DNA of 64,000 bases, from positions 43,036,395 through 43,100,394 of the forward strand of contig NC_057718.1 in the NCBI RefSeq assembly GCF_004010195.1, written 5' to 3'. This document shows, piece after piece, positions 63,449 to 64,000 of the stretch; the stretch's first letter is position 1, and every line of letters starts with the position of its first letter. The notes under the pieces are model-generated. The model was not told the origin of the DNA and did not search any database. It saw nothing but the letters and a program-made list of their open reading frames with translations. The translations under genes and the position numbers were made by a program. This DNA is from Chiloscyllium plagiosum (taxonomy: Eukaryota).

Positions 63449-63568
63449 AGAAAGTGAGGAATGCAGATGCTGGAGATCAATGAAAAGTGTGGTGCTGGAA
63501 AAGCACAGCAGGGCAGGCAACATCCGAGGAGCAGGAGAATCAATGTTTCAGGCATAAGCCCTTCATCA
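63449..63568 (-). mobile_element. Older ~120-bp Penelope-like micro-insertion (39.9-kb family)
   Basis: Aligns with 39905-40025. Minus-strand core decayed: TGATGA-A-GGGC-TTAT-GCCT-GAA-ACAT-T. No clear TSD. Confidence 0.85.
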
Positions 63569-64000
63569 TACTCTACTTAAGCTTACAGAGAGTGCTGTGG
63601 CATCAATTGGAGGCCTTGAGCCTGATTTCAACAGTTCTACTCAGGCCATTAGTCATGAGAATAGAGCATTTTCTGTTCCTTTTAGGTTACATCACAGGGA
63701 GAATGAGCAGAAGTGATTCAAAAGAGGAGAAGCTGTGGAAAGTGAGTAGGACAAAAGGGAGAAGTGCTATCAGCAGGAGGTTATATCTCTGCGCATCCTT
63801 TAGGGTGCAATTCTTAACATCAATGAGGAACAGCATGTTCAATGTCTCTGTTTCAATAAGAAGGCACCCACTGAAGTCTACCGCCTGTTACAAGTAAACC
63901 CTCAGCTTCAGAGCAGGTTGAATGTAGCATTGCTAGTGGCTGTGTAGATGACTGTGACCATAATATTTTTCACTTTGGACTCCTTGCATGCTGCAGCAAA

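Noticed and set aside
63487..63897. 136-aa ORF
   Set aside because: Starts inside a PLE fragment and runs into probable decayed repeat sequence; no coherent domain.
1..64000. CRISPR arrays, operons, rRNA, or a named host gene
   Set aside because: Vertebrate intronic DNA with no regularly spaced repeats or rRNA similarity, and no coding exon from which to name a gene.

Overview
Eukaryotic, AT-rich, almost entirely non-coding DNA. The repeat content (HE1/V-SINE, HER1/CR1 LINE 3' ends, DeuSINE, shark-type Penelope-like elements) points to a cartilaginous fish, most likely a shark. I cannot support any intact host protein-coding exon. The first ~10.7 kb retains CpG and culminates in a GC-rich promoter-like island (~8.0-9.9 kb). 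That island holds several + strand splice donors and is followed by a candidate 56-nt exon (10598-10653). The remaining ~53 kb looks like a large CpG-depleted intron with transposon relics (Penelope-like, CR1, Rex1/Babar, L2, RTE, PIF/Harbinger, Tc1/mariner-type MITEs) and several enhancer/CNE-like blocks. The host gene cannot be named. The most notable signal is a set of Penelope-like insertions from at least four families, each carrying a minimal hammerhead-ribozyme motif with a palindromic short stem III. Many have 10-16 bp target-site duplications, several are fold-back structures, and several have 5' or inversion junctions within a few bases of the CUGANGA catalytic box. Repeat family names come from recalled consensus features and need a RepeatMasker/Dfam check.
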